NCBI GenBank assembly: GCA_010093605.1
Contig: MU004184.1
Span: forward strand, 630,801 to 694,800
DNA: 64,000 bases
From: Lophium mytilinum
Lineage: Eukaryota
Direction of reading: 5' to 3'
The translations under genes were made by a program, and so were the position numbers. A model generated the notes under the pieces. The model worked only from the letters and a program-made list of their open reading frames with translations, searched no databases and was not told where the DNA came from. Position 1 is the stretch's first letter. Every line of letters begins with the position of its first letter. Positions 11,699 through 24,268 of this stretch are shown here, in pieces.

Positions 11699-13946
11699 AT
11701 GAGTCGCAATGTAGTTCCCTCCGTCGGCGCTCTCTTACGGCGCACAGTCGCCGACTCGCAATCCCTCCTCCCACCGCCGTCTTCTCTCAAGCTCGTCCAG
11801 ACCTCTTTGAACACACCCAGCCACCATACAGCCAGCGCCCTGTGCATACCCACGACCGCATCCATACCTCGATATACCCCTTTAAGCTCTCCCCGTGCTT
11901 TCCGCCGTCTCCCAGTAGCTTCTGTTGTTTCACCTAGCAATATCTTCGCGTCAGGACATGAACCAGTGACGACAGCGGCTTCATTAGCATGGAGAAGGCA
12001 TCTTCACCACCAATCTTTCCAAGCGAGCAAGTTTTTAGATACAAGTGGTCGGAGATACAGGAGCTCTGGCAGTGGCAAGGCGGCTGCGGCAACCGCTTCA
12101 AATGCATCAGTTACCAAAGCCAAGCCAGCACCAAATACCGCTTCGAAAGCACCGGCAAAGGAGCCTTCAGAGCCTCCACCAACCGCTTCACATCCCGCTA
12201 GCAAGCCCCTGTTAGAGCGGATACCCCAATCTTTGCCTCACTTCCACAGGCCTACCAAAGATGAGCTTCTCGCAGCAGCGACTGGTTTCTGGTCTCGAAT
12301 GAAAGTGCATTTCAAATGGTTGACTATTAGGAGTTCTCGGCCTTTTAACACTGATGATATCAGCGCCTTCATTTCCTGGATACTCCTCGGCCACATCATC
12401 TGGATCATTGTTGGAACTACTACCTTTTTCTCGCTGACTATCTTTTTGATAAACACAGTATTTGCGCAAGGCAAGTACACCGTTGTGCTAGAAAGCAACT
12501 TTGCTAACCCTTGCTGAAGAGTCCCTGGCTAAATGGATTGGAAACTACCTCACTAGTTCCTCTGGCATCAAAGTCGTTTTCGAGTCTGCCGTCGTTCCTA
12601 AGTGGCGCGATGGAGTCATCTCATTCAAGAGAGTATTCGTCTCGAGAAGGCCTGGCCAAGGTCAATCCAATGTCACTAAAGGATCTCAAATATCGGCAGC
12701 AGCCGAGGCTGCAGCAATCGCCCAGAAGGAGCGGGATATAGCAAATGGCGTCGTAGAGGAAGAAGACACCAATTACACACAGTTCGATGTTTCTATCGAT
12801 ACTGTGAATGTGACTTTGTCGTTTGCCAAGTGGTTCAATGGCAAAGGGCTTCTGAAAGATGTTGAAGTGAAGGGTATCCGAGGAGTCGTGGACAGGACAT
12901 CAGTGCGTCCACCAGAGGAGTACATTGACCCTAGGACATACAAACATGAACATCAGCCCGGAGATTTTGAGTTGGACTCATTCAAGATGGAGGACTTGCT
13001 AGTTACCGTTTACCAGACGAATAATTTCCGGCCTTTCTCCGTTAGCATCTTCTCCTGCGACCTCCCACAGCTGCGGAAGCAATGGCTTTTCTATGACTTC
13101 TTGTCGGCAAACATGATGTCTGGGTCTTTTGACAATTCTCTGTTCACTATCCATCCAAGGCAGACGCATAACTATACTGGAGCTCAACTGATCGAGGGAC
13201 GAGAGACCGAAGACGGCATCAGCTGGAAAAAGCATAGCCGTATACGGATCGATGCTCTCAATATCGACCATCTCAACCGAGGCTATGAGGGCCCATTTTC
13301 GTGGATTCACGAAGGAAATGTGGACATCGTAGCCGACATAATGATTCCCAACGAGAACGACGACAGCATCGCGAAATACATGTCTGATTTCTACGACCGC
13401 GTTGAGGCTACAGTGACCTCCAACGGGCACCGGAACGTCATCGACAATGCCGACGGCAAAGACACCCAGCAGCCCCTTCAATCGGCTCAAGCAATAACCG
13501 GAGAACCAGTGGACAACAGATTCATCATCATGGATCTCCGCGTCCATCTTAACGATGTACGCGCCTCAGTCCCCATCCTCACCAGGGATATCGGCTACAT
13601 CAACAACGCCCTCGTGCGGCCCATCGTCGCGTACATCAATTCGAAAAAGACATTCATCCCCGTCAACTGTCGGGTGGTCAAGCGCGCCAGCGAATTCGAT
13701 GGCAGCTGGACCGTCTACGACAGCGGGCTTATGGATGATCTGTCTCGGGAGGTAATTACAGCTAACCCCCCCCCCCCTTGGCCCAAATCCATCTTCTAAC
13801 GTTGCGAATAGATGTACGACGCCTTCGCCCGCGACGTCCTCGACGACAACAGCGCCCGCAAACGCCGTTTTAAAAAGGTTGGGATTTGGACGCTCCAGCT
13901 CGCCGCGCAGGCATTGTTTATTGGTTTGGCGGGCAACATTGCATAG
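11699..13946 (+). CDS. MDM31: Mitochondrial distribution and morphology protein Mdm31/Mdm32 family
   Basis: Exons 11699-12470, 12520-13751, 13812-13946; the first intron is GC-AG. Motifs RPFNTDDISAFISW, TTTFFSL..F.INTVFAQE, NYTQFDVSIDTVNVTLSF.KWFNGKG, RKQWLFYDFL and C-terminal KKVGIWTLQL. Basic Ser-rich N-terminus resembles a mitochondrial presequence. Start codon uncertain. Confidence 0.9.
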
Positions 13947-15417
13947 CGGTACGTAAAGTGAAATGAACTCTCTCTCCCTGCGTCTTAAACATACCCGGGG
14001 CGTTTTTCGAAATGGTTTGTTAGCTTTTAAGATGGGGGCGTTTTTGGTGGTTTACGATAATGAGCGAGGGTTGGGCGCGGGCGGCTCGCTCGCACCTTCA
14101 CGCTAAATGGTTCATGAGGTGTGGAGGGTTGGCAGTGTGCAAGATCTTGTAAGATAGTTGTATATAGATATACAAGAACGGTTCGATTCATTGGTGGTTT
14201 CCTCAGTGTGGATGGAAGTGAGGTGGAGCTGTGCGCGGTTGGATTGAGAAGTTTCTGTGTACGAAGTCGGTGGCTAAATGTGGTATATCTTATGAACCAT
14301 TTTGTCGTGTTTACCCTTTTAAAATACGTGGAAAACAGTCGCTGGACGAAGGCTTGGAATATCAATTCTCATACTCGAACCTCCTGGTCACGATGACCCC
14401 TTTCGTGATATGGCTCATCCAGAGCACTTCGCAACGACTTCCCGAGCAGTCGAAAGGCACCGTCTCTGCTGAAATTTCTTGCCGAATAGCTTACCCCATA
14501 TTCCGCGTATGGCTGTCTGTAAGCACTGGTGGCAAGGGGCCGTGATCTCAGGAGGCGGCATCGGGAAGATCACGAGATAAGCGCGGAAGTCGATGGAAGG
14601 GGCGAACCAAACATCATCAATAGTACCGATGTGAAACAAAGAACACCGCGTTATTTGACTCGTTAGTGGCGTAAGGTAGAGGTTGAATGCTATTCTTAGG
14701 ATTTGATGGTGCGGTCGTTTTCGGAGCTGGCAAACATCCACGAGCGGCCTCGTCGTATTGCGCTCCCAACCTTCTCACTCACCGCCCTAATCGTCGACCA
14801 TTTCCTCAGCCCGCCTAATCCATTACCTGGAGACGCGCTCTATTCAAGCTGAACAGAGGCTCCAGAAATAGCTTGTCAAGCGAGGCTCGGCAAAATAATA
14901 CTGCAACGCTGAACATGGCCAACTTTAACCGGAGTTACGCGTGCTGTTACCACTTCGTACGTAAGTGGAGCTGACGATGAAAACCCTCCAAGGTTGCCCT
15001 CGCGTCCTCTTTCCAGTCAGCAGCCTATACGGGAAATTCTCGTTCAATGGAGTGGCGCAGGGTCCTCAGGTGGTGTCTCTCCGTAAGCCGGGACGAAGAG
15101 CAGCTCGTGAGGCTGTGCAACTGCACCCATCATCTTTTCCGGAGCGCCTCCACCACTATGCCGGTCCACGCTCTTCTCGTCGTATCCACATGCCGCAAAT
15201 TGTGGCTAATCATCTGACTGCAACCTCAGACCGCCCAATCGCGCTCTATGCTTCGACCTCCCCCTATGTGACTGACCATTACAGATTGGCACCGTAGCAG
15301 TAATCACGGTGGTGACGACTCGGCCCATCAGCTTCCTACCATCCAGCTATGTCTCATGCTAGAGAGCACAAGGCAAAGGTAATTATAGAATCTGTAGCTA
15401 CGGTTTGATGTCTCGAG

Positions 15418-15423
15418 TATAAA
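15418..15423 (+). promoter_or_regulatory. TATA box of the small secreted protein gene
   Basis: TATAAA about 160 nt upstream of the ATG at 15579, followed by a CA/pyrimidine-rich leader. Confidence 0.55.
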
Positions 15424-15578
15424 GACGACTCTGGTTCGCGGTGTAGAATCATCATCCACATCAAGCATCTCAACAACTCAACAACTCCTTCAGTATCTCT
15501 GTCTACTTCAAAGTCTCTCGCTCTACTTCATTGCCAATTCTTTCTATCATCCAAAACAACAACCACTCCTCTATCAAA

Positions 15579-16076
15579 ATGCAGTACCTCACTATCGCCT
15601 CTGCTATCCTGAGCTCCGCTCTTCTAGTCTCTGCTGCCCCCACTCCTTCGGACTCCAACCTCAACGCTCGCGCATGCAGCGTGGCCTACCCTGAGTCCAT
15701 CGGCTTCCCGATCAACTACAGCATCAGCCAAGACGCCGGTGCCGCCAACAAGCGCGACGACGCCATCACCTTCAACAACGTGCCTGCAGGCTCATACGGC
15801 TGCCAGCTTGAGGTCAACTTCCCGGCTGGCTACCCCATCACCAGCTCCGGCAACAGCCAAGTCTACCTCTGGTCCGGCACCGGCGCATCCAAGCAGCAAG
15901 TCGGTACCATCAACTTCCTCAGTAGCCCTGTAGCCGCCACCAAGTTCGTGGTCAACAGCTTCACTTGCGCCTCGACTATGTCCTACACCATGTCTATCGG
16001 CAGCGAGACTGATGCTGGCTCCGTTGCTTTTGCCGACACTAAGGATGCCGGCCTTACTATGACCTACAACTGCTAG
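15579..16076 (+). CDS. Small secreted cysteine-containing protein, But2-C-terminal-like (165 aa)
   Basis: Signal peptide MQYLTIASAILSSALLVSA, short pro-region ending NAR, 4 Cys, pattern F..VP.GSYGCQL...FP..Y and terminal MTYNC typical of But2-like secreted proteins; strong C-ending codon bias; CAAAATG start context. Confidence 0.8.
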   Translation: MQYLTIASAILSSALLVSAAPTPSDSNLNARACSVAYPESIGFPINYSISQDAGAANKRDDAITFNNVPAGSYGCQLEVNFPAGYPITSSGNSQVYLWSGTGASKQQVGTINFLSSPVAATKFVVNSFTCASTMSYTMSIGSETDAGSVAFADTKDAGLTMTYNC

Positions 16077-16674
16077 ATCTTCGCAGAGTAATCTGCATTG
16101 CATTGGGTGGAGCGTTAATTGGAGTGTTCGACACCTGAAGGTGTTATAGGACGTGTAATATCATGGATAATTTGCTGCATTTCTGCGATGGGTTAGTTTG
16201 GGTTTCCTGTAATTATATCACTCCTTTAGTACAACTACGGCACGCCGTATATACATGTATATCTATCTTCATCACCATCTGCTTCGCTGCATGCTGTGTG
16301 TTCTTGATGATAAGTGAGAGCCAGAAGTGGCATTACACTGCTCAAAGATATGCTTGAACATTGAACGAAGGTTGCGAACATAACTTTAATCACCAAATGT
16401 CTTTCCGACGCGTGTATACCGAGCAACATAGCAATCGGTGAGGTGGCGGTTTACAAGACTCTGTAAAGATTATACTACTCCATGTACGCCTAATTCACGA
16501 TGTATAGTAACCTCACTTCTACCTCCAGGGTGCACTTTGAACCAAAAAGCAGAAAACCTGACAAGAATTCCCTCGCATTCACCCACCACCCCACCACTGC
16601 CATTCCCATCATATCCTACCACTGATGATGGCCTCTATGATTGTATGACTAGAGCAAAACAGATGCAAAAATTG

Positions 16675-16772
16675 AGGTCGTGCCCGGAGTCGAACCGGGG
16701 TTGCTGGAACTTAAGAACGACAATGAGGGCCGGTATCAGAATCCAGAGTGATAACCACTACACTACACAACC
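16675..16772 (-). tRNA. tRNA-Gln(CTG) with 26-nt intron
   Basis: Minus strand reads GGTTGTGTAGTGTAGTGGTTATCACTCTGGATT-CTG-A[intron 16735-16710]TTCCAGCAACCCCGGTTCGACTCCGGGCACGACCT. Acceptor, D, anticodon (CTGGA/TCCAG) and T stems all pair; mature length 72 nt; T5 Pol III terminator just downstream. Confidence 0.95.
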
Positions 16773-17405
16773 GTTGTGTTTTGATGTCGCCGCAAATTAT
16801 TTTGTATTGATAATCTGGGTGAGAAGCGGGGTCAGGCAGCATTCTGTTCGTGTGGGAGAAAAGCCGCATGTGGGGAGACCAGCGGAGTGTGTCTAGTGTC
16901 AGGGGTGCGGGCTGACTGGTTGGAGGGGCCCCCCACATCAACACTGCATGATTTCTGCCTGGAGGAGTGAGAGGACGATGAGTTAGGCTCATGAGGTGGA
17001 GCATTTGATAGAGAACTACTGAATCCATGTGGGGTCTGACTCCTATCGTAAGGGTATTGTTAAGCTTGCTGTTACTGTTTCTGTCACCAGCCCAAAGATT
17101 CGTGTGCGCGATATTGTACAAAGTCCGGACAAAACCATATTTGAAGTACGAACAGATGCTCTTGAAATACCTAATCTCTTCCGATACCTAAAGGTGTCTG
17201 TCTAGCAGGCTGGAGTTTCAAAGACGAGAATTTGGCAAAAGGTATGTAGGAGCTCACGTGACCACCAACTTATGCCAAGCCCTTTCCAAATTCTGGCGAC
17301 CGCAGGCTGGCAACCTCGTCCCTCACTCAACCACGACCAAATCCAAACACTCTCACCTCCAACACCTCCGCTTGATACTCTCCCCGGCGGAGCCAAACCT
17401 CCACC

Positions 17406-18737
17406 ATGGCCGACAAAAAACCGGCTATGAAGTTCTCGCTCTCGTTAGGCGCAAAGAAGCAGACGGCCGCCCCAGCCACCGTCAAGAGACCCGCCGCAGC
17501 TCTACAAGGCTTTGAAGATGAGGCCATAGTTGCACCCTCGGTGCAGGTGGTGTCAGCTTTCGACGCAGCCGCAGGAGGCGCAATCGACACCTCAGCACCA
17601 GTAGTCACAACCGGACCTGTAGTCATCGCACCGCAAGCAAATCGAGACTGGCGCGCCGAATCGCGGAAGAAGCAACGCGGTCGTCTGCCCGACGGGGCTG
17701 GACAAGGACAACGTAGTGCTGATGTTAAAGAAGTGGACACCGGCGCCTCTAAGATCGCGTTTGGCTTGACCGTGGTCAAAGCAGACCAACGGGAGCCTGC
17801 TGCGGAGCAGGCTGCGGATACTATAAAGGCAGAACAACCAATGTTGGACGCGCCAGAGCCGGAGAGGCCAACGGAAGACCAGCTTGCGTTGCAGGCTCTG
17901 CTCGGTCAACGCCCCGAGTCGGACTTGGTTATTTCTATGGATGAGGGAACGGCGTTCAAGAACGACTTCTCGAATGCGCCGCCAGCTCCTTCGCTTGAAG
18001 ACTATGCCAAGGTGGCTATCGAGGACTTCGGTGCTGCGTACCTTCGTGGATTCGGTTGGAAGGGCGACGACTCAGTCCAGCAGAAGACGAAGCCGGAGAA
18101 ACGTCCCGTTCGCCGGTCAGCTTTGCTGGGAATAGGAGCGAAAGAGGAGGCTGCGGCGGGAATTGAGTTGGGCGAGTGGGGCAAAGGGGCAAAAGGAAAG
18201 CGGAAGGTGGATCAGCCGTACAATCCGGTGCTGTTACGCGACAAGGTGACGGGCGAGACGTTGACAGAGGAGGAGTTGAAGAAGCGGCAGGAACAGCAGA
18301 AACTGGTGGAGCTTGAGCCAATTCCAGAACGGAAGAAACGATCGCCAGCTCGAGAACTCGAATACCGAACGGAGAAGTCTTCCCGTCGGCACAAATACGA
18401 AGAGGACGATGAAAGGAGTGGAAGCCATAGGCGAAGGGATGACCGGGAGAAAGACCGAGACCGAGACAGGGATAGAGAGAAGCGCAGAGACCGAGACTAT
18501 GGCAGCAAGCATCGTTCGTCTCGCAGGGATAGAAGCACTTCCACAGACCGCAAGAGGAAACGACGAGACTACGACGAGCGGGATAGCGACAGCAGTAAGC
18601 GTCGACATAAGGAGGACCGCTACAAAGACGATCGTCATCGAGAAGACCGCTACGACCGTGGATCCTCCAAACGTGACGACCGAGACCGCGAAAGACACAG
18701 CGATTCTGGAAGGCGCCGAAAGCAAGAAGCCTATTGA
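17406..18737 (+). CDS. SPP2: Pre-mRNA-splicing factor Spp2-like G-patch protein
   Basis: Spp2/MOS2-type G-patch YAKVAIEDFGAAYLRGFGWK...RRSALLGIGAK, VIAPQANRDWR motif, Y.PVLLRDKVTGE, and an R/D/S-rich C-terminal tail. Confidence 0.82.
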   Translation: MADKKPAMKFSLSLGAKKQTAAPATVKRPAAALQGFEDEAIVAPSVQVVSAFDAAAGGAIDTSAPVVTTGPVVIAPQANRDWRAESRKKQRGRLPDGAGQGQRSADVKEVDTGASKIAFGLTVVKADQREPAAEQAADTIKAEQPMLDAPEPERPTEDQLALQALLGQRPESDLVISMDEGTAFKNDFSNAPPAPSLEDYAKVAIEDFGAAYLRGFGWKGDDSVQQKTKPEKRPVRRSALLGIGAKEEAAAGIELGEWGKGAKGKRKVDQPYNPVLLRDKVTGETLTEEELKKRQEQQKLVELEPIPERKKRSPARELEYRTEKSSRRHKYEEDDERSGSHRRRDDREKDRDRDRDREKRRDRDYGSKHRSSRRDRSTSTDRKRKRRDYDERDSDSSKRRHKEDRYKDDRHREDRYDRGSSKRDDRDRERHSDSGRRRKQEAY

Positions 18738-19927
18738 GCGAAGGATCTCGTACATACCCACCCAAATACACGGCTTCAAATCCTGGCGGCTAGCTGAGCC
18801 GGGTGGCCTGAAATGCTATAATTTTCTAGCACAGAATCAGGACTCGACAGAAACGAGTGGTGTATGCGTATTCATCATTCCATAGTAATGACCAAGTTTG
18901 CTAACTGTGTTTGTGATAGCTGCTCGGAAGTCTTTTGCGATTACGAGACCCATTGCTACTGACTCTGATGAAATAGCAGAATTGAATACGCCACATCGAC
19001 ACAGCTTATCCACGACCCCACTCCTCATCCATGTACGATCCTCATTGAGCTACATTGGTTCGAAATGGGCAATTGAAGACTCTGCGCATAAATAAGTTGG
19101 CATAATGACCACTACTACACCGCACTTGTTCGCCCCAGTCCTGGATAGAGGCTCGGAGGGCTCAACACACTCTTACAAGCCTACTAACGCATGCCACTAA
19201 TCTTTTTATGTCTTATTTTAATGTTATGTCATAGCCGTCTCTTACGAACAACTATACACCCCGAAACCACTTAGTCCCATCCGGAACTATAAACCCAAGA
19301 CCCCCAAATTTTAAAAGGTCGCAAAAGCGTCAAATTACTACAACTTTGAGCGGCTCACATACTTTGCTCAACCTATTCAAAGCGTAATTTGGCCACTTCA
19401 TCGTAGTTCCAAAGAAGTCAAGCCCGTCCATCGGGCTCTCATATCCCCATAGAAATTAGCACACCCGGGCGTGCTCCCACATAGTATACAGTACAACAAA
19501 AATACCATCAACGCAGCCTAAAAACCGCGCCTTTATCGAAATAGTTCCACCTTCGACTTCATATAGTGAACCCAGTAATGAGAACAGAATCACCCAGAAG
19601 TACCAGTCATCTTGCACCCTTTCCTTTCATGCTGTAAGTATATAAAGTAACTACAAACATGCCCCCTATCGCATGGCACACCCCGTCTAGTAAGATCCTT
19701 TCACGCGCTCAGATCCAGGACTCTTTGCACCTATTCCGTCGCAATACGTGCTATGTCACAAAGGGGGCCATCGTGACCAGAACGTTCGAGTATTCGAATT
19801 GATATCCCAAGCCTTCATGCAGAAACATAACAATACGAAATTAGATACTCCACGCCCAACAATACATCCAAGACAAAGAACACGCAACGCGCCTGCGAAC
19901 GATGCTCCTCCGCCATGCACGGCACCA

Positions 19928-22900
19928 CTACAACCCACCACTCCCTTCAAAATACGGTCTAAACCTCGGTTCATTCTGCAACCCACACTGCGTCACCGCA
20001 TAATGGCAAGCCATCAGCAGCTTCGGAAACCTGCTAGTCCAGTACTCCAAATACCCCGCTGGCAGCGGCCCAACCTTCGCCTTCACCGTTTCATCCATAT
20101 CCTCATAGTGGTTCTTCTTGTTCCGCAACGCTCTCAGCAAGTCTAGCATGCGGTCGCCTGTGTATTTCCTCTGCTTGCCCAAGCTCGCAATGAACGCCCG
20201 ATCCAGCTTACCCAGGAAGTCGCGCTTCTTGTCTAGCACCTCGGGGATGAAGGCCTCGAGGGTCAGGAGCTGAGCGGAGGGCGGGTCGCGGGGCTCACGC
20301 TCCCAGTGATCCGAGCAATCGCATAGGAAGTTGAGTCGTTTTTCTGCAGACCAGAAGAACGGGTGTTGCATGACTTGGAGCGCGGTGGGGCGGTCTTCGG
20401 GTTTGTTTTCTAGCATCCATTCGATCAACCGGATCGCTTCTTCCGACTCGTGCCCTAGGTTTTCCAAGCGACTGAAATTGGCTTTGTTCTTTTTGATGTT
20501 CAGTTCGCGGATCTGCATCCAGCCTTCGTCGTCGTCGAAGGGGTGCGAGCCTTGGCTAAGGACGTAGAAGAAGACGCATCCCAAGGAGAAGATATCTACG
20601 GCACGTTTCACGCCCTGTGAGACGGGGTCGGTAGAGCTGGACGAGTCGCGCGAATGGCCGTTGTTGGAGTTTTGGCGGGCTTCGAGCTCTTTGGGCTGGA
20701 GGATCAGCTCTGGGGCTTTCCAGCCGACTGTACCGGCGTTGCCGGTTGTTCCGACTAATGTACTGACGTTGTCCGGAAGAGTCTTGCAGAGGCCGAAGTC
20801 TGAAATGACTAAGCGAGGCCCCGATTTCTGGTTTCTTTGAGGATAGGCGATAAGAATGTTTTGGGGTTTGACGTCTCGATGTATGATCCTCAAGCTGTGT
20901 AGATGGTTTAGGCCGAGCGCTAGCTGATACAAGGCTCTGGGTGCATCGGAGTTGAGCTCGTTGAAGAGAGCAATTTGTTCGGGAGACCTGTCGTCACCGG
21001 GCCTGCCGTCTCTGTACAGCTCCCACAGACTAGCTTGGCACAACTCTACAGCGATGTATAGGAAATGTTCGTCCTTTTCATCGTCAAAGTAGCGAATGAC
21101 ATTGGGATGAAGGTCGCTTTCTTGCAGAAGTTTGACTTCTTGTTCGGCAAGACCAAAGTACTGAGGAAGCATGCGTTTGACAGCGACATCGCGTTCCTTG
21201 GGCATGGTCAATAAATGCATAACGAAGTTAAAGGGAACTTCTTACATTCCACTTGCCACCAAACACAAAGGTGCCTCCACTACCGTTGCCAAGGACCTTG
21301 TCGAAATCAATCGTCAATTTGCCAATCCTGGGTTTCTGTTAGCATTGCCATGTGAGACTGAGTTTGCTCAACATACTTCTTGATGTTCGAGATATCTTGG
21401 ACATTCCCGCCGTTGATAGTTATTTCATCAGGCTGCAACGGGTGATCTTGATCCAATTGTTTCGCGGCTTCTACAATGCGTCCAATCTCATCCTCTTCCT
21501 TGGGTGCCTTTCTCTTCTTTTTTCCTCCTCTCGACCCTCTGTGAGCCTTCTTCTTTGGCTTGGCTACATCCTGGCCGTTCGTAGTCTCACCAACGGTTTC
21601 GGTTCCATTCTCATTGATGTCTCCTTGACCTGGAACTTCTGGAGTCATTCTTTCTCCATCGATTGCTAGCGAAGATTCCACTGTCGTCGTTCTTGAAAGG
21701 GGCTCTACATCTGGCTCTTCTTCTGGTATCGCAAACCTGACACGTCGTTCATCGGGATCTGCAGAATGTGCCTCTGGAACGGTGACCGGGTCTGTGTCTA
21801 TTGAAGAAGGGACAAGAAGAGGCTTCTCATTTAGAGCAATAGACCTCTTGAACACATCCAAAGTCTCCGGTTTTGCGAAACTATATGAGCCTAGACCAAG
21901 AATCAAGGCCAAAATAGTGATGAGCCACGGCCAGAGCGCGGTCTTCTTCCTCTCTTCGATTTCATTCCGCAGCCCGTCTGGAGGCACTTCTGGCGAAATA
22001 GGCTCGTCAATCGAGAGCTTAAGTTCTTGAAGAGGAGCGGATATGGTTGGCACATCTCCTCGTCCCGTCCCAGCGTATTCGAGGGAGTGAACTCCAACAA
22101 GGCCCTTTTTTTCAGGAAGGACATAAGCTCCTCCCCAGGTCTCATATCGGTTCCATTGAGGAGTATAGCACAGTGCTTTGGCGGCACCGTCTGTAACAGC
22201 AGGGTACTTGTCCTCGGACATGGCATACCAGCTGCCGCTTTCGGTGCAGTTTAGCCAGACATTTTGACTCGCATCATCGAGACTTCCAGGGCCGATGGGC
22301 TGCGGTAATAATATCAGTGGTGGGTCGTCATCATAATTCTCGAACGGCCGGGCTACATCGAAGACGCGTACTACGGGCGATGCGAGCTTTTTCCTATAGA
22401 CGCGCTTCTCATCGTCAATCTGCCGCCTAGAGGAATGATCGAGAGCATAGATCTCTCCATCAAATCTACTATATATGTACTTGTTGTCCATTGTCGTCAA
22501 GTACTGGCCATGGAGGTCACGATCTCGATTGTTCGGCGTCCATTCAAAGTATTTGATGGTACAGATAGGTTCGGTAGTTGCCATGTTTTCGATGCGGATA
22601 GTATACTCGGTTCGTCCTAGATTAAGATTGCCCTTGCACTCTCGCAAGTGAGAGTCAGCGAAGCCTGTTACTTGAGGCGCGCAACTCTCAGCGTTGACGT
22701 CGGCGTCCCCGCCTAGTCCAAATGACTTTAGCACTTTTCCAGTGCGAGCATCCAGCTGGTACATGACAGTCTTCTTTTCTGCGTTATAGACGACGGGTGG
22801 GTTGTCACTGTAGTACGGTGAAGATCCCTCGAGCTCCCGAATTGTGAGGTGTAGGTCCTTCAGGGATGGCTGCGGACCTGGCTCCAAGTAATAAAGCCTT

Positions 22901-23478
22901 CCGTTCTCGGAGGGCTCGACAACCCACATGAACGGAATGTCGTGGGCATTTTCGTCGGCTGAGTCGTTCTTCTGGTGATATATGGTTTCCACCATAGGCC
23001 GTCCAGCGTCCAGGTGCCATAGTTCTTTGCCAGTGTTTCTGTCTCTAGCGTGTATGTGTCCATCAACAGTCGCCAAAAGGACAAAATCCTCGACTTCCCA
23101 GTCCTGCAAAGACCGCGCACTATGTCGCGTAATACCGCCCGACGGGGAGGCAAGAGATCCAGCAGGCGGTGCTCGAACAGCGGCGTTGGAAGACGCTGGA
23201 GCCGATGACAAGGTTGCAATGGCGCGCTCAATCTGGGGTACTAAGACGTCGGCTCGGGTCCGCTTCCGCGAAACGGGGAGCTGATGGTCGTCCAGTAGAG
23301 AGGGGCTGGGGGGTGTGACAGTATCGGCGAGGGCATCCTCGCGGGGAGACCGTCGATACTGGCGGTGCGGCGGTTGCTGCTGCTGAGCGGCCGTCGTGAG
23401 CCATGGTAGGAGGAGGAGAATGTGGAGGAGGGCAGGCTTGAGGCCAAGGCTATCGCCGGGAGGCCGGCGACGCGGCAT
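19928..23478 (-). CDS. IRE1: Serine/threonine kinase/endoribonuclease Ire1 (UPR sensor)
   Basis: Exons 23478-21377, 21327-21246, 21196-19928. Signal peptide, luminal domain (VEDFVLLATVDG, EWTPNNRDRDL), TM helix, kinase (LGNGSGGTFVF, VAVKRM, HRDVKPQNIL, DFGLCK, GTVGWKAPE) and KEN RNase domain (DLLRALRNKKNHY). Confidence 0.96.
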
Positions 23479-24268
23479 GCTGAGGAGAGTCTACAATGCG
23501 AGCGTCGAAGCCAGCGGCAGGCTGGAACGAGGAGCGAGATTCAGCATCAGCGGACGAAGAAGAGTAGGCTTGAAGCGAGCGAAGGGAGGAGGTCTGCGGA
23601 GGAGGAGAAGTGGGAGAGGTGTGTAAGATGTCAGATGGCAGGACGAAATGCGGTGGGGGAGCTGAAATGCAGATGGCGTGCCCCTTCTAGGGAGTGTGTG
23701 GCAGGGCGCCTGAGACTTGTGAGTGGGCCAGCATCCACCACCGGGAGCGAGCGAGCGAGCGAGCCAAGACGGGCCGCGGAACGATCAGGGACACGGCAAG
23801 CCAGCCTTCTTCGAGAATAGAACAGGCGCTGGGGCTCGCCGCAAGGCTGATGGCGCGGCACAGGCGTCGTTGCGGGGTGTTGAAACGCGAGGGCCAGGGA
23901 GTCCAGGGATCGTGAGTTGAGGTTGTTGTTCTCTTACGGACGGCTGCTGTCAAAGGCGGAGTGCCCTCAATAGAAGTAACAGAACCGCTGTGCTTGCCCT
24001 CGCAGCCCTTACAGTGTCGCACAACAAAGGATGCTCCCACCACGTACGACTCGCACAATCAGCAGCACACGAGTACGACATAACATGCGAGCATCCAGCC
24101 GAAACCCCTTGGCCGCCTGCACTGAAGCGGTAATTGGTCACCCGTCCTGAAACACAACCTACGCAATTCTGATAGGCCGTATGCGGCGCGGGATCCGACT
24201 TCTTCACATCTGGGGCCGCTACCCTCACTGCCTCGTCACTCGCCTCTGCACTGAAGTGCCACTTATCG

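Noticed and set aside
14818..14840. TTACCTGG resembling the U1 snRNA 5' end
   Set aside because: The match is only 8 nt, with no U1 stem-loops or Sm site recognisable downstream.
18016..18885. Long alternative-frame ORFs over SPP2
   Set aside because: Shadows of the repetitive R/D-rich coding sequence.
19055..19126. tRNA-like fragment (minus strand GCGGTGTAGTAGTGGTCATTATG; GGTTCGA on plus strand)
   Set aside because: A-box-like and B-box-like pieces do not form a cloverleaf.
19230..19620. Possible 5S rRNA-like or pseudogene remnant between SPP2 and IRE1
   Set aside because: Only vague similarity; the three minus-strand frames I translated contain stops and no recognisable motif.
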